Notes under the pieces: generated by a model | What the model saw: the letters and a program-made list of their open reading frames with translations, nothing else | Database searches by the model: none | What the model was told of the DNA's origin: nothing | Shown: positions 19,242 to 29,089 of the stretch, in pieces | Position numbering within the stretch: position 1 is the stretch's first letter | Layout: every line of letters begins with the position of its first letter | Assembly: GCA_947498645.1 (NCBI GenBank) | Contig: CANMKS010000001.1 | Location: 780,032-844,031, forward strand | Origin: an uncultured Rhodobacteraceae bacterium | Lineage (GTDB): Bacteria > Pseudomonadota > Alphaproteobacteria > Rhodobacterales > Rhodobacteraceae | Reading direction: 5' to 3' | DNA length: 64,000 nucleotides | Translations under genes and position numbers: made by a program

Positions 19242-19979
19242 ATGCGACTAAAAAACAAACGCGCAATCGTGACCGGCGGCGGATCGGGGTTCGGCGCGGG
19301 AATTGCGCGCAAGTTCGCCGCAGAGGGGGCGCATGTCTATGTGGCGGATATCAACCTTGCCGCAGCAAAGGCTGTCGCCACCAAGATTGGCGGCACCGCC
19401 CTGGCTTGTGATGTTGCAGACAGTGCCGCCGTCGATGGGCTGGCCAAGACGGTTCTGACCGAAGCCCCGCTTGATATCCTCGTCAATAACGCTGGCGTCA
19501 CCCATATGCCCAGCGCACTTGAGGACGTCACAGAAGACGATTTTGACCGTGTCACAAACGTGAACATGAAATCGGTGTTTCTGCTGGCGCGCGCCTTTGT
19601 TCCCCACTTCAAGGAACGCAAGGCGGGTGTGATCCTGAATGTCGCCTCGACTGCTGGTATCTCTCCCCGGCCACGGCTGAACTGGTACAATGCCTCCAAA
19701 GGCTGGATGATTACGGCAACCAAAACCATGGCGGTTGAGCTGGCCCCTGACGGCATCCGTGTGAACGCGATTAATCCGGTGGCGGGGGAAACACCCTTGC
19801 TGAAATCCTTCATGGGCGAAGACACGCCAGAGATGCGCGCGAAATTCCTCGCGACAATCCCGTTGGGGCGGTTTTCGACGCCAGAGGACATGGGCAACGC
19901 CGCCTGTTTTCTATGCTCGGATGAGGCCAGCATGATTACAGGCGTAGCAATGGAGGTTGACGGTGGGCGGTGCATATAG
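19242..19979 (+). CDS. Short-chain dehydrogenase/reductase (FabG-like)
   Basis: TGGGSGFG, NNAG and YNASK motifs. Confidence 0.9.
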   Translation: MRLKNKRAIVTGGGSGFGAGIARKFAAEGAHVYVADINLAAAKAVATKIGGTALACDVADSAAVDGLAKTVLTEAPLDILVNNAGVTHMPSALEDVTEDDFDRVTNVNMKSVFLLARAFVPHFKERKAGVILNVASTAGISPRPRLNWYNASKGWMITATKTMAVELAPDGIRVNAINPVAGETPLLKSFMGEDTPEMRAKFLATIPLGRFSTPEDMGNAACFLCSDEASMITGVAMEVDGGRCI

Positions 19980-20997
19980 ACAAGGACCCAGAAACCTGAT
20001 CACCGATGTGGCCGGGCTCAGGGTCGGGAATGCGCAGGATCACCATATCAAAACCGGGACAACGGTGCTGACCGGTGATGCCCCTTTTGTGACCAGCGTG
20101 CATGTCATGGGCGGCGCGCCGGGAACCAGAGAAACCGATCTGCTTGCCCCTGACAAAACCGTGCAGGCCGTCGACGCGCTGGTGCTGTCGGGCGGATCAG
20201 CCTTTGGGCTTGATGCCTGTTCGGGGGTGATGGACGGGCTGCGCGCCATGGGGCGTGGATTTGCCGTCGGACCGATGCGCGTTCCCATCGTGCCGGGGGC
20301 GATCATCTTTGACCTGATCAACGGCGGCGCCAAGGATTGGGACGAGAACCCCTATCGCGCGCTTGGGCGTGCAGCACTTACATATGCGGACGGTGACTTT
20401 GCAATCGGCACTGCCGGGGCTGGCACCGGTGCGATGGCCGCGATGCAGAAAGGCGGGCTCGGCTCGGCGTCGCTGGTCCTGCCGGGTGGCGTGACGGTCG
20501 GAGCCTTGGTCGTGGTCAATGCGCTTGGCAGTGTCACAACGCCGGGCGACAGGCATTTCTGGGCCGCCCCCTTTGAACTGGAGGATGAATTTGGGGGCGC
20601 AGGCCCTGACCCCGCCGCAGGTCAGGTTGCACCCGCGCCCAGCCGCAAGGAACAAGCCATGATCCACCACGCCACGGCGGGTGCCAACACCACAATCGCC
20701 ATCGTCGCCACAGATGCCGATCTCACCAAAACCCAATGCCACAGGCTGGCGGTGACAGCACATGACGGCATGGCGAGGGCGATTGTCCCGGCACATACAC
20801 CGCTGGATGGCGATCTGGTGTTCGGGGTGGCAACCGGTGACGCCTCTGGCATCGGCGCAGACGCATTCCGCGATATTGCAGCCGCAGGGGCCACCTGTCT
20901 CAGCCGCGCGATTGCACGGGGCGTGTATGAAGCCTCGGCGGCTGAGGGCGATATCATCCCGACCTATCGCGCGATGAACGCGGACGCAGACCCATAG
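19963..20997 (+). CDS. P1/S58-family peptidase (DmpA-like L-aminopeptidase/D-esterase, beta-aminopeptidase family)
   Basis: NLITDVAGLRVG, GGAPGTRET, GGSAFGL, GAGTGA, GANTT cleavage site and DGDLVF motifs. Start taken at GTG 19963, 6 nt after GGAGG. Confidence 0.85.
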   Translation: MGGAYRQGPRNLITDVAGLRVGNAQDHHIKTGTTVLTGDAPFVTSVHVMGGAPGTRETDLLAPDKTVQAVDALVLSGGSAFGLDACSGVMDGLRAMGRGFAVGPMRVPIVPGAIIFDLINGGAKDWDENPYRALGRAALTYADGDFAIGTAGAGTGAMAAMQKGGLGSASLVLPGGVTVGALVVVNALGSVTTPGDRHFWAAPFELEDEFGGAGPDPAAGQVAPAPSRKEQAMIHHATAGANTTIAIVATDADLTKTQCHRLAVTAHDGMARAIVPAHTPLDGDLVFGVATGDASGIGADAFRDIAAAGATCLSRAIARGVYEASAAEGDIIPTYRAMNADADP

Positions 20998-21074
20998 CCC
21001 AGACCTTGCGACGCGCGACAGCTGTGATCAGTGCCGCAATCACACAAAGCGTCTGGATCGCTTTGGTCACGCAA

Positions 21075-21103
21075 AAAGGCCCCGGATCACATCCGGGGCC
21101 TTT
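21075..21103 (-). terminator. Terminator/REP-like hairpin between convergent dmpA-like gene and pyrimidine SBP gene
   Basis: 13-bp stem AAAGGCCCCGGAT/ATCCGGGGCCTTT with a T-tract on the minus strand. Confidence 0.75.
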
Positions 21104-21129
21104 GATCATGCTGTCTTGAACAGAATGGC

Positions 21130-22122
21130 CTAGTTCAAAGCCTGATCCGTGATCATGCTTGTCCAGGCACCCACCGGCTCGGCCGAAATCACAGGGTCAG
21201 AACCGCCAGCCAGCAAGGTATCAACCGTGCGCTGATAATCCGCCGGATCGAGCGATCCGTCAGAGCCTGCCGTCAGTTTGGCAATCTCGCCCATCATGCG
21301 AATTTGGGCCGCCTCGCCCTGCGCGCCGGTTTCATCATTGTCCAAAACAATCCCTGCTGCCTCAACCGGGTTCTCTTCGGCCCATTTCCAGCCGCGCATG
21401 GAGGCACGGACAAAGCGGACCATCTTGCCGACGAACACTGGATCTTCAAGGTTTTCTTCCAGCGCATAGATGCCGTCTTCCAACGTCGCAACGCCCTGAT
21501 CTTCATACTTGAAGGTCACCAGCTCATCCTCTGACACACCGGCATCCAGCACCTGACCGTATTCATTATAGGTCATGGTGGAAATGCAGTCGGCCTCGCG
21601 GTTCAGCAATGGATCGACGTTGAAACCCTGCTTCAGCACGGTGACACCATCCTCACCCCCGTCGGTGGGGATGCCTTCCTGGCTCATCCAGCTCAGGAAG
21701 GGGTATTCATTGCCAAAGAACCAAACGCCAATGGTCTTGCCGCGGAAATCCGCAACACTTTCAATGCCAGTGTCTTTCCAGCAGGTCAGCATCAGGCCGG
21801 ATGTCTTGAACGGCTGGGCGATATTCACCACCGGCAACCCCTTTTCGCGGGCGGCCAGGGCGGACGGCATCCAGTTCAGCATCACATCTGCACCACCACC
21901 GGCCAGAACCTGCGGAGGCGCGATATCAGGGCCACCGGGCAGAATGGTCACATTCAACCCTTCCTCTTCATAGAAACCCTGATCCAGCGCCACATAGTAC
22001 CCGGCAAACTGAGACTGCGTGACCCACTGCAATTGCAGCGTCACATCGTTTGCATGGGCGTCAGCATGTGCCATTCCACCCAGACCTGCGGCCAGGGCCG
22101 CTGCCATCATCAACTTCTTCAT
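21130..22122 (-). CDS. ABC transporter substrate-binding protein, NMT1/THI5-like (pyrimidine uptake)
   Basis: Signal peptide; LQLQWVTQSQFAGYYVA motif; last gene of the pyrimidine catabolic operon. Confidence 0.88.
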   Translation of the reverse strand: MKKLMMAAALAAGLGGMAHADAHANDVTLQLQWVTQSQFAGYYVALDQGFYEEEGLNVTILPGGPDIAPPQVLAGGGADVMLNWMPSALAAREKGLPVVNIAQPFKTSGLMLTCWKDTGIESVADFRGKTIGVWFFGNEYPFLSWMSQEGIPTDGGEDGVTVLKQGFNVDPLLNREADCISTMTYNEYGQVLDAGVSEDELVTFKYEDQGVATLEDGIYALEENLEDPVFVGKMVRFVRASMRGWKWAEENPVEAAGIVLDNDETGAQGEAAQIRMMGEIAKLTAGSDGSLDPADYQRTVDTLLAGGSDPVISAEPVGAWTSMITDQALN

Positions 22123-22171
22123 TCTCTTCTCTCCAAGTTAGGTGTTACGCCCTCTTTCCGGGGCTCGTTTC

Positions 22172-23023
22172 TTATTTGCGTTGCGATGGGTGCCAAAATG
22201 TCACCCGCCCCTCAATCCATGCCATCAGTCCATAAAACGCGCTGCCCGCGAGGGCCGCCACGACAATCTCGGCCCAGACCATATCCAGCGCAAGTTGGCC
22301 GACAGAGGTGGATATCCGAAATCCCATGCCCACCGTGGGAGAGCCGAAAAATTCGGCAACAATCGCCCCGATCAGCGCCAAAGTGGTCGCAATCTTGAGC
22401 CCGTTAAAGATAAAGGGCATCGCCGCCGGCAGGCGCAACTTGAGGAACGTGGGCCAATAGCCGGCGCCATAGGTGCGCATCAGATCGCGCTGCATGGCAG
22501 TTGTATCACGCAATCCGGCCACGGTGTTCACAAGTATCGGAAAAAACACCATCACCGCGACCACGGCCGCCTTTGATTCCCAGTCGCTGCCCAGCCAGCG
22601 CACAAAGATCGGTGCCGTGCCAACAATCGGCAAGGCCGCCATGAACCCGCCCACAGGCAAGATGCCGCGCGTCAGGAAGTCCGATCTGTCGGCCAAAACC
22701 GCGACAGCAAAGGCCGCAAACATCCCCACAATATAGCCGGTCATCGCCCCCTTGATGATTGTCTGCACGAAATCCGCCCAAAGGATCGGCAGCTCGCCCG
22801 CAAACCGGCTCGCGATAGCTGTAGGCGGTGGCAGAATCACCGGGCTGACATCCAGCAGCCGCACCAGTAGTTCCCACATGATCAGCAAGGTCAGACCAAA
22901 GATGGCCGGAACCAGTAGCTGGACAAAACGGCTTTGCGCGGCGGCACTATTGGCAAGGCGTGTGTTCACAAACCAGCCCGCACCCCAAACGGCCAGAGCA
23001 CCGATGATCGCTGTTCCCGTCAT
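22172..23023 (-). CDS. ABC transporter permease
   Basis: FFPILVNTVAGLR...LRLPAAMPFIFNGLK motif. Confidence 0.88.
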   Translation of the reverse strand: MTGTAIIGALAVWGAGWFVNTRLANSAAAQSRFVQLLVPAIFGLTLLIMWELLVRLLDVSPVILPPPTAIASRFAGELPILWADFVQTIIKGAMTGYIVGMFAAFAVAVLADRSDFLTRGILPVGGFMAALPIVGTAPIFVRWLGSDWESKAAVVAVMVFFPILVNTVAGLRDTTAMQRDLMRTYGAGYWPTFLKLRLPAAMPFIFNGLKIATTLALIGAIVAEFFGSPTVGMGFRISTSVGQLALDMVWAEIVVAALAGSAFYGLMAWIEGRVTFWHPSQRK

Positions 23024-23940
23024 GCCGCCTGCATCCCCATGCGGCGCAACGTCCAGCGCTCCATCAAGCTAAACATGCCCACCAAGGCCGCGGCCGTGAT
23101 CGCTGCTGCAAAAAGGGCGGCCCATGTGACCATGGGCTGGCCATATTGATCCCCCACCAACATACGCGCACCAAAGCCCGCACGAGCACCCGTGGGCAGC
23201 TCTGCCACAATAGCCCCAACCAATGACGCCGAGATTCCGATCTTCAACGATGCAAAAAGATAGGGCACCGAGGCAGGCAAGCGCAGCTTCCAAAACCCCT
23301 GTGCAGGGCTTGCGTGATAGGTGCGCAGCAAATCCAACTGCATCGCATCCGGGCTGCGCAACCCCTTTACCATGCCAACAACAACCGGGAAAAAGCTCAG
23401 ATAGGCACTGATCACCGCCTTGGGGAACAGCCCTTGTATCCCAATCGAGCCCAGCATCACGATGATCATGGGGGCCAAAGCAAGAATGGGGATCGTCTGG
23501 CTGGCGATGGCCCAGGGCATCACACTCATGTCCATCGCCTTGTTGTAAACGATCCCAACAGCCAGCAGAATGCCAAGGCCCGTGCCAATGGCAAAACCCA
23601 GCAGTGTCGCGGACAGCGTCACCCAGCCATGGTAAACCAATGACCGGCGCGAGGTGATCTTTTTCAACGCGATTGTATCCCACATCTCAACCGCGACCTG
23701 ATGGGGCGAAGGCAAACGCGGCCGGTCCAGCGTGTAGGTCATCGCAAACAGATGCGTATTGCGCAGGGCGAGCCCGATCCCGGAATACTCTTGCCGGGCC
23801 GCCGGAGCGTCCGGCGTCACCGCAATATCCTGCCGCTGCGCCTGATCAGCGGTAAGATGCATGTTCATCGGCACGACAGAGACGACCCAGAACAACAGGA
23901 TCGCGGCAATCACGGTCAGAACAGGCAGCAGTGACTTCAC
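23020..23940 (-). CDS. ABC transporter permease
   Basis: SFFPVVVGMVKGLR..LRLPASVPYLF motif; GTG start. Confidence 0.88.
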   Translation of the reverse strand: MKSLLPVLTVIAAILLFWVVSVVPMNMHLTADQAQRQDIAVTPDAPAARQEYSGIGLALRNTHLFAMTYTLDRPRLPSPHQVAVEMWDTIALKKITSRRSLVYHGWVTLSATLLGFAIGTGLGILLAVGIVYNKAMDMSVMPWAIASQTIPILALAPMIIVMLGSIGIQGLFPKAVISAYLSFFPVVVGMVKGLRSPDAMQLDLLRTYHASPAQGFWKLRLPASVPYLFASLKIGISASLVGAIVAELPTGARAGFGARMLVGDQYGQPMVTWAALFAAAITAAALVGMFSLMERWTLRRMGMQAA

Positions 23941-23991
23941 GCAGACCCCCTGACTTTCTTCGTCCAATCAAACTTCCCCCGGAGGGATCCC

Positions 23992-24771
23992 CTAGTCATC
24001 CACATGCCCCGCCCGCAGACCATCACGCACACGATGCGCGACAGCGATAAACTCCGCACTATCGCGAATATCCAAGGGGCGCTCTTTGGGCAGCGGGCTG
24101 TCAATCACATCCGTAATGCGCCCCGGACGTGGCGACATGACGACAATCTTGGTCGACAGATACACCGCCTCGGGGATCGAGTGGGTCACAAACCCAATTG
24201 TCTTTTCCGTCCGCGCCCAAAGCTGCAACAACTGCTCATTGAGGTGATCACGCACGATCTCATCCAGCGCGCCAAAGGGTTCATCCATCAGCAGAATATC
24301 CGCATCAAAGGCCAGCGCGCGGGCGATCGAGGCGCGCTGCTGCATCCCACCGGACAACTGCCAGGGAAACTTCTTCTCAAACCCCGCCAAATCAACAAGG
24401 TCCAGCACACGACCCACCCGCTCATCCTGCTCCGCCTTAGAGAACCCCATAATCTCCAACGGCAGCTTGATATTGCCGCCAATCGTGCGCCACGGGTAAA
24501 GCCCCGCCGCCTGAAACACATAGCCATAAGCACGCGCACGGCGCGCCTCATCCGGCGTCATCCCGTTGACGGAAATCTGACCCCCCGTCGGCATCTCAAG
24601 CCCCGCAATACACCGCAAAAACGTGGTCTTACCGCAGCCCGAGGGGCCAATGAAGCTGACAAAGTCGCCCTTATTGATCTCAAGGTTCACATCCTTGAGC
24701 GCATGGACAGGGCCATCATTGGTCTGGAAGGTGAGGTTGAGGCCAGAGGCCGAAATCGTCGTCTCAGTCAT
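23992..24771 (-). CDS. ABC transporter ATP-binding protein
   Basis: GPSGCGKT, LSGGMQQR and LLMDEPF motifs. Confidence 0.92.
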   Translation of the reverse strand: MTETTISASGLNLTFQTNDGPVHALKDVNLEINKGDFVSFIGPSGCGKTTFLRCIAGLEMPTGGQISVNGMTPDEARRARAYGYVFQAAGLYPWRTIGGNIKLPLEIMGFSKAEQDERVGRVLDLVDLAGFEKKFPWQLSGGMQQRASIARALAFDADILLMDEPFGALDEIVRDHLNEQLLQLWARTEKTIGFVTHSIPEAVYLSTKIVVMSPRPGRITDVIDSPLPKERPLDIRDSAEFIAVAHRVRDGLRAGHVDD

Positions 24772-25436
24772 ACACTCTCGCCGTCCTGATCTTGATCCGA
24801 GGTCTTTTCAAGCCTCTTGTTTCTTGCGCTTTGCACAAGTTCCACGGGAGGACCGATGAAATCGAATTTTACTTCATTCAGAATCTTTTGCGGCTCGAAC
24901 GGGAACTGCAGAACAATTCCAAGACCAGCGCAAATTACAAAAATGTAACCCCACAGACCCATCGCTTCGCTTGCAGACTGCAGATTCAGAATACCTAGAA
25001 AGATCACGATAGCCCATGCCACCGGCGCAAGCGGCCTGATGCCCAGCCAGGTCATGGCCAAGGCGAGACCCAGGACAGACGGCAGCGGAAGGCTCAGCCA
25101 TTCAGGCGATGCTGCGCCAAGCACTGCCTGAACAAGGACGGCAGTGACGGTGACATTCAGGATTGCAGCAAGAATGTAGTAGATTGACGGCGACCAAACG
25201 ACGATCCTCCGTATATATAGCGGTGTGACGAGAAGCACGGCAAATATCCCCGACATCATGTCGGGTCTCAAACTGATATCAGACTTCCAGAAGTAACTTG
25301 GCCGGGTGTAGGTCATAAAACCAACGACAGTTGCGATTAGAAGCAGCGCAAGAGACATATACCTAAGCGTCAGATGCCCAAGGACATCATCACCGACAAG
25401 GATAGCATTGATCCTGTGGAGCCTGTCGGAAGTCAC
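24768..25436 (-). CDS. Hypothetical multi-pass membrane protein inserted in the pyrimidine operon
   Basis: About 6-7 hydrophobic segments; GTG start about 11 nt after GGAGG; stop overlaps the ATPase start (ATGA). Confidence 0.55.
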   Translation of the reverse strand: MTSDRLHRINAILVGDDVLGHLTLRYMSLALLLIATVVGFMTYTRPSYFWKSDISLRPDMMSGIFAVLLVTPLYIRRIVVWSPSIYYILAAILNVTVTAVLVQAVLGAASPEWLSLPLPSVLGLALAMTWLGIRPLAPVAWAIVIFLGILNLQSASEAMGLWGYIFVICAGLGIVLQFPFEPQKILNEVKFDFIGPPVELVQSARNKRLEKTSDQDQDGESV

Positions 25437-25483
25437 TACTTCCCCACCTCCGGATTGCCTTTGGGTTAGCGCTTTCACCAAGC

Positions 25484-26938
25484 CTAAACCCCACTCGCCG
25501 GAATACCCGTCCGCTTCACCGGCATCGGCGCGGTCAGTTCCTTCCACGATGACAGCGCGCGGTTCACCGGCGTATTCGCCTCGCGTTTCACGAACTTGCC
25601 GTGGCCTTCCTGCGTGCGCACTTCGCCATCGTGGATCGCCACATGGCCGCGCGTCAGGGTAAAGCGGGGCAAGCCCGTCACCTCTTTGCCTTCAAACACG
25701 TTATAGTCGATGGCCGATTGCTGGCTTCCCGCCGTGATCGTCTTTGACTTCTCGGGGTCCCAGACCACCAGATCGGCATCGGCCCCCACCAGAACAGCCC
25801 CCTTCTTGGGGTAGCAGTTCAATATCTTCGCGATATTGGTCGAGGTCACAGCGACAAATTCATTCATCGTCAAACGGCCGGTCACCACACCATGCGTCCA
25901 CAGCATCGGCATCCGGTCCTCAAGGCCACCCGTACCATTCGGGATCTTCGTGAAATCACCCACACCATAGCGTTTCTGCTCGGTCGTAAAGGCGCAGTGG
26001 TCCGTCGCCACAACGCTGAGCGACCCGGACTGCAACCCGGCCCACAGGCTATCCTGATGCTGCTTGTTGCGGAACGGCGGCGACATCACGCGGCGCGCGG
26101 CATGATCCCAGTCCTTGTTGAAATACTCAGACTCATCCAGCGTCAAATGCTGGATCAACGGCTCACCCCAAACGCGCTTGCCCTGCATCCTGGCGCGGCG
26201 GATCGCCTCATGTGCGTCCTCGCAAGAGGTATGCACGACATAAAGCGGCACGCCCGCCATATCGGCGATCATGATCGCGCGGTTTGTTGCCTCACCCTCA
26301 ACCTGCGGCGGGCGGGAATAGGCATGCGCTTCCGGCCCGGTATTCCCTTCGGCCAGCAGTTTTGCGGAAAGCTCTGCCACCACATCGCCGTTTTCGGCGT
26401 GGACCATGGCAATCCCGCCCAATTCGGCCAGACGGTTGAAGCTTGCGAACAGCTCATCATCATTCACCATCAACGCTCCCTTGTAGGCAAGGAAATGCTT
26501 GAACGTGTTGATGCCATGATCCTTCACGACCGTTTCCATGTCGTTGAACACCTGCTCACCCCACCATGTGACAGCCATGTGGAACGAATAGTCACAGTTG
26601 GCACGGGTCGATTTGTTGTCCCAGCGCTTGATCGCATCCAGCAGGCTCTCACCCTGATTGGGCAGACAGAAATCAACCACCATCGTGGTGCCGCCAGCAA
26701 GGCCCGCCCGCGTGCCGCTTTCAAAGTCGTCGGTAGAATAGGTGCCCATGAACGGCATTTCCAAATGCACATGCGGATCAATCCCGCCCGGCATGACATA
26801 GCAGCCCGTCGCGTCCAGTTCCTCGTCGCCTTTCAGGTTTGGACCAATCTCAACGATCGTGCCGCCGTCTATCAAGACGTCTGCCTTGTAGGTCAGGTCA
26901 TGGGTGACGATTGTTCCGTTTTTGATGACTTTGGTCAT
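25484..26938 (-). CDS. hydA: Dihydropyrimidinase
   Basis: PGGIDPHVH, GINTFKHF, MVHAENG, ATDHC and KIPNGTGG motifs. Confidence 0.95.
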   Translation of the reverse strand: MTKVIKNGTIVTHDLTYKADVLIDGGTIVEIGPNLKGDEELDATGCYVMPGGIDPHVHLEMPFMGTYSTDDFESGTRAGLAGGTTMVVDFCLPNQGESLLDAIKRWDNKSTRANCDYSFHMAVTWWGEQVFNDMETVVKDHGINTFKHFLAYKGALMVNDDELFASFNRLAELGGIAMVHAENGDVVAELSAKLLAEGNTGPEAHAYSRPPQVEGEATNRAIMIADMAGVPLYVVHTSCEDAHEAIRRARMQGKRVWGEPLIQHLTLDESEYFNKDWDHAARRVMSPPFRNKQHQDSLWAGLQSGSLSVVATDHCAFTTEQKRYGVGDFTKIPNGTGGLEDRMPMLWTHGVVTGRLTMNEFVAVTSTNIAKILNCYPKKGAVLVGADADLVVWDPEKSKTITAGSQQSAIDYNVFEGKEVTGLPRFTLTRGHVAIHDGEVRTQEGHGKFVKREANTPVNRALSSWKELTAPMPVKRTGIPASGV

Positions 26939-26976
26939 TTTCCTGTCTCCCTGACCGCCTCTTGCGCGGTCCTCAT

Positions 26977-27027
26977 CTTCTTTTGTTTACAAATATCTCG
27001 GGGGAGCGAAGCGGGGGCAGCGCCCCC
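26977..27027 (+). repeat. REP-like dispersed repeat, copy A
   Basis: CTTCTTTTGTTTACAAATATCTCGGGGGAG...GGGGGCAGCGCCCCC; near-identical to 61493-61549. Confidence 0.8.
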
Positions 27028-27029
27028 AA

Positions 27030-28280
27030 CTACCCCACAATCTCCGCCGTCTCGACAACCGCATGAAACAGTACATCCGTCCCCGCCGCCGCCCATTCCG
27101 GTGAAATCTCCTCCGCCTCATTATGGCTTAACCCATCCACGCAAGGACACATCACCATCGCGGTCGGATAGATATCATTGATCCAACAGGCATCGTGTCC
27201 TGCGCCCGAAACGATATCCATATGGCTATAGCCCAGCCGCTCCGCCGCGTTGCGCACGGCCTTCACGCACCCCTCATCAAATGCAGGCGGATCAAATTGC
27301 CCCACAATCTCGCAGGAAAACGCGACGCCGATCTCCTCGCACAACTTCGGCGCACGCTCGTTGAACTCTGCGACCATGCCGTTGAGCTTGTCCAGCAGAT
27401 GCGTCCGCATATCGACGGTAAAGACCACCTTGCCGGGGATGATGTTCCGGCTGTTGGGGTAAACGTCGATGTGGCCGATGGCACCAACGGCATTCGGCTG
27501 GTTCTTCATCGCAATCTCATGCACCAGTTCGGTGATCAGCGCCAAACCACGGCCTGCGTTCTTGCGCATATGCATGGGCGTTGAGCCGGTGTGGCTTTCC
27601 TTGCCCGTCACCGTGCATTCGATCCAGCGCAACCCCTGGCCGTGGGTGACAACGCCAATATCCTTGCCTTCAGCCTCCAAAATCGGCCCCTGCTCGATAT
27701 GCAATTCAAAGAACGCATGCATCTTGCGGTCGCCGACCTTCTCTTCGCCTTTCCAGCCAATCCGCTCCAGCTCATCACCAAAGCGTTTACCCTCGGCATC
27801 CACCCGGTCATTGGCCCACTCGAGCGTATGCTTGCCCGCAAAAACACCCGATGCGAGCATGGCAGGCGCATAACGCGTACCTTCTTCATTGGTCCAATTC
27901 GTCACGACGATCGGGTGTTTGGTCTTGATATCCAGATCATTCAGCGTGCGCAAAATCTCAAGACCGCCCAGCACACCCAGCACTCCATCGTACTTCCCGC
28001 CTGTCGGCTGCGTATCCAAATGCGATCCAACGTAGACAGGCAACGCGTCGGGGTCTGTCCCCTCGCGGCGCGCAAACATATTGCCAATCTCATCAACGCC
28101 CATCGTACAGCCAGCCGCCTCGCACCATTTCTGGAACAGGTGACGGCCGTCGCTATCCTCATCCGTCAAGGTCTGGCGGTTATTGCCGCCCGCGATACCG
28201 GGGCCGATCTTGGCCATTTCCATCAGGCTGTCCCATAGGCGCTCACCGTTAATACGCAGGTTCTCTCCGGGGGCTGCCAT
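27030..28280 (-). CDS. pydC: Beta-ureidopropionase / N-carbamoyl-beta-alanine amidohydrolase (M20 Zn hydrolase)
   Basis: GSHLDTQPTGGKYDG, WTNEEG, ELHIEQG and SGAGHDA motifs; directly upstream of hydA. Confidence 0.88.
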   Translation of the reverse strand: MAAPGENLRINGERLWDSLMEMAKIGPGIAGGNNRQTLTDEDSDGRHLFQKWCEAAGCTMGVDEIGNMFARREGTDPDALPVYVGSHLDTQPTGGKYDGVLGVLGGLEILRTLNDLDIKTKHPIVVTNWTNEEGTRYAPAMLASGVFAGKHTLEWANDRVDAEGKRFGDELERIGWKGEEKVGDRKMHAFFELHIEQGPILEAEGKDIGVVTHGQGLRWIECTVTGKESHTGSTPMHMRKNAGRGLALITELVHEIAMKNQPNAVGAIGHIDVYPNSRNIIPGKVVFTVDMRTHLLDKLNGMVAEFNERAPKLCEEIGVAFSCEIVGQFDPPAFDEGCVKAVRNAAERLGYSHMDIVSGAGHDACWINDIYPTAMVMCPCVDGLSHNEAEEISPEWAAAGTDVLFHAVVETAEIVG

Positions 28281-28312
28281 GGCTGTCTCCTGTGGCTTGG
28301 GGCATTCTTGAT

Positions 28313-28328
28313 TTGACCAACTGGTCAA
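28313..28328. promoter_or_regulatory. RutR operator
   Basis: TTGACCAacTGGTCAA is an exact match to the RutR box TTGACCAnnTGGTCAA, in the divergent pydC/rutR intergenic region. Confidence 0.88.
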
Positions 28329-28452
28329 ACCAACGCTAACAGTTAGGGAAGACCAGTCAAGTTTTCTGCACATTTGCATGGGATCTGGCGGCAATGCCGG
28401 CAAAACTGACCGTTAAGGCGGCGCCGGGCCAAAAATGAAGCAAAGGACCGCG

Positions 28453-29055
28453 ATGGAAAAGCCGCAAACCCGCATCCAGCAGCGCAACCAAGCGGCCATC
28501 CTCAGCGCCGGGTTGAATATCTTTTCACAATACGGGTTTCGCGGGTCCACCCTGGATCAGATCGCAGAGGCAGCAGGCCTGTCCAAACCCAACCTGCTTT
28601 ACTATTTCCCATCGAAAGAAGCGATCCACTCTGCGCTGCTGGCACGGTTGCTGGATACTTGGCTTGATCCATTGAAAGCAATGGATGAAACCGGCGACCC
28701 CATCACCGAGATCATGGGCTACGCCCAGCGCAAACTGGCGCTAAGCCGTGACTATCCCCGCGAAAGCCGCTTGTTTGCCAATGAAGTTCTGCAAGGCGCA
28801 CCTCATATCGCCGAAGTCCTGGCAACGGATCTGAAAATCCTTGTTGATGAGAAAGCAGCGATCATTCGTGCCTGGTCAGAGGCGGGTAAAGTCGCAGACG
28901 TTGACCCCCACCACCTGATCTTTTCGATCTGGGCCATGACCCAGCACTATGCGGATTTTGACGTGCAAGTGCGCGCCGTGCTCGGCGATCGAGAGCCTTA
29001 TGACGGCGCTTCGGTTTTTCTGGACGCACTATATCAGCGGCTTTTGCAGCCTTAA
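28453..29055 (+). CDS. rutR: TetR-family regulator RutR/PydR
   Basis: TRIQ..N...IL..., GFRGSTLDQIA..AGLSKPNLLYYF and HLIFSIWAMTQHYADF motifs; operator located upstream. Confidence 0.9.
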   Translation: MEKPQTRIQQRNQAAILSAGLNIFSQYGFRGSTLDQIAEAAGLSKPNLLYYFPSKEAIHSALLARLLDTWLDPLKAMDETGDPITEIMGYAQRKLALSRDYPRESRLFANEVLQGAPHIAEVLATDLKILVDEKAAIIRAWSEAGKVADVDPHHLIFSIWAMTQHYADFDVQVRAVLGDREPYDGASVFLDALYQRLLQP

Positions 29056-29089
29056 CGAAATTTTCACCACCTTGGGCGACCCTGCGAAC

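Noticed and set aside
19957-19985. Apparent loss of the ATG start of the DmpA-like gene (ATATAGACAA where ATATGAGACAA might be expected)
   Set aside because: An in-frame GTG at 19963 lies 6 nt after a perfect GGAGG, so a normal overlapping start exists.
25892-27181. 429-aa plus-strand ORF antisense to hydA
   Set aside because: Shadow ORF from GC-rich codon bias on the opposite strand; no motifs.
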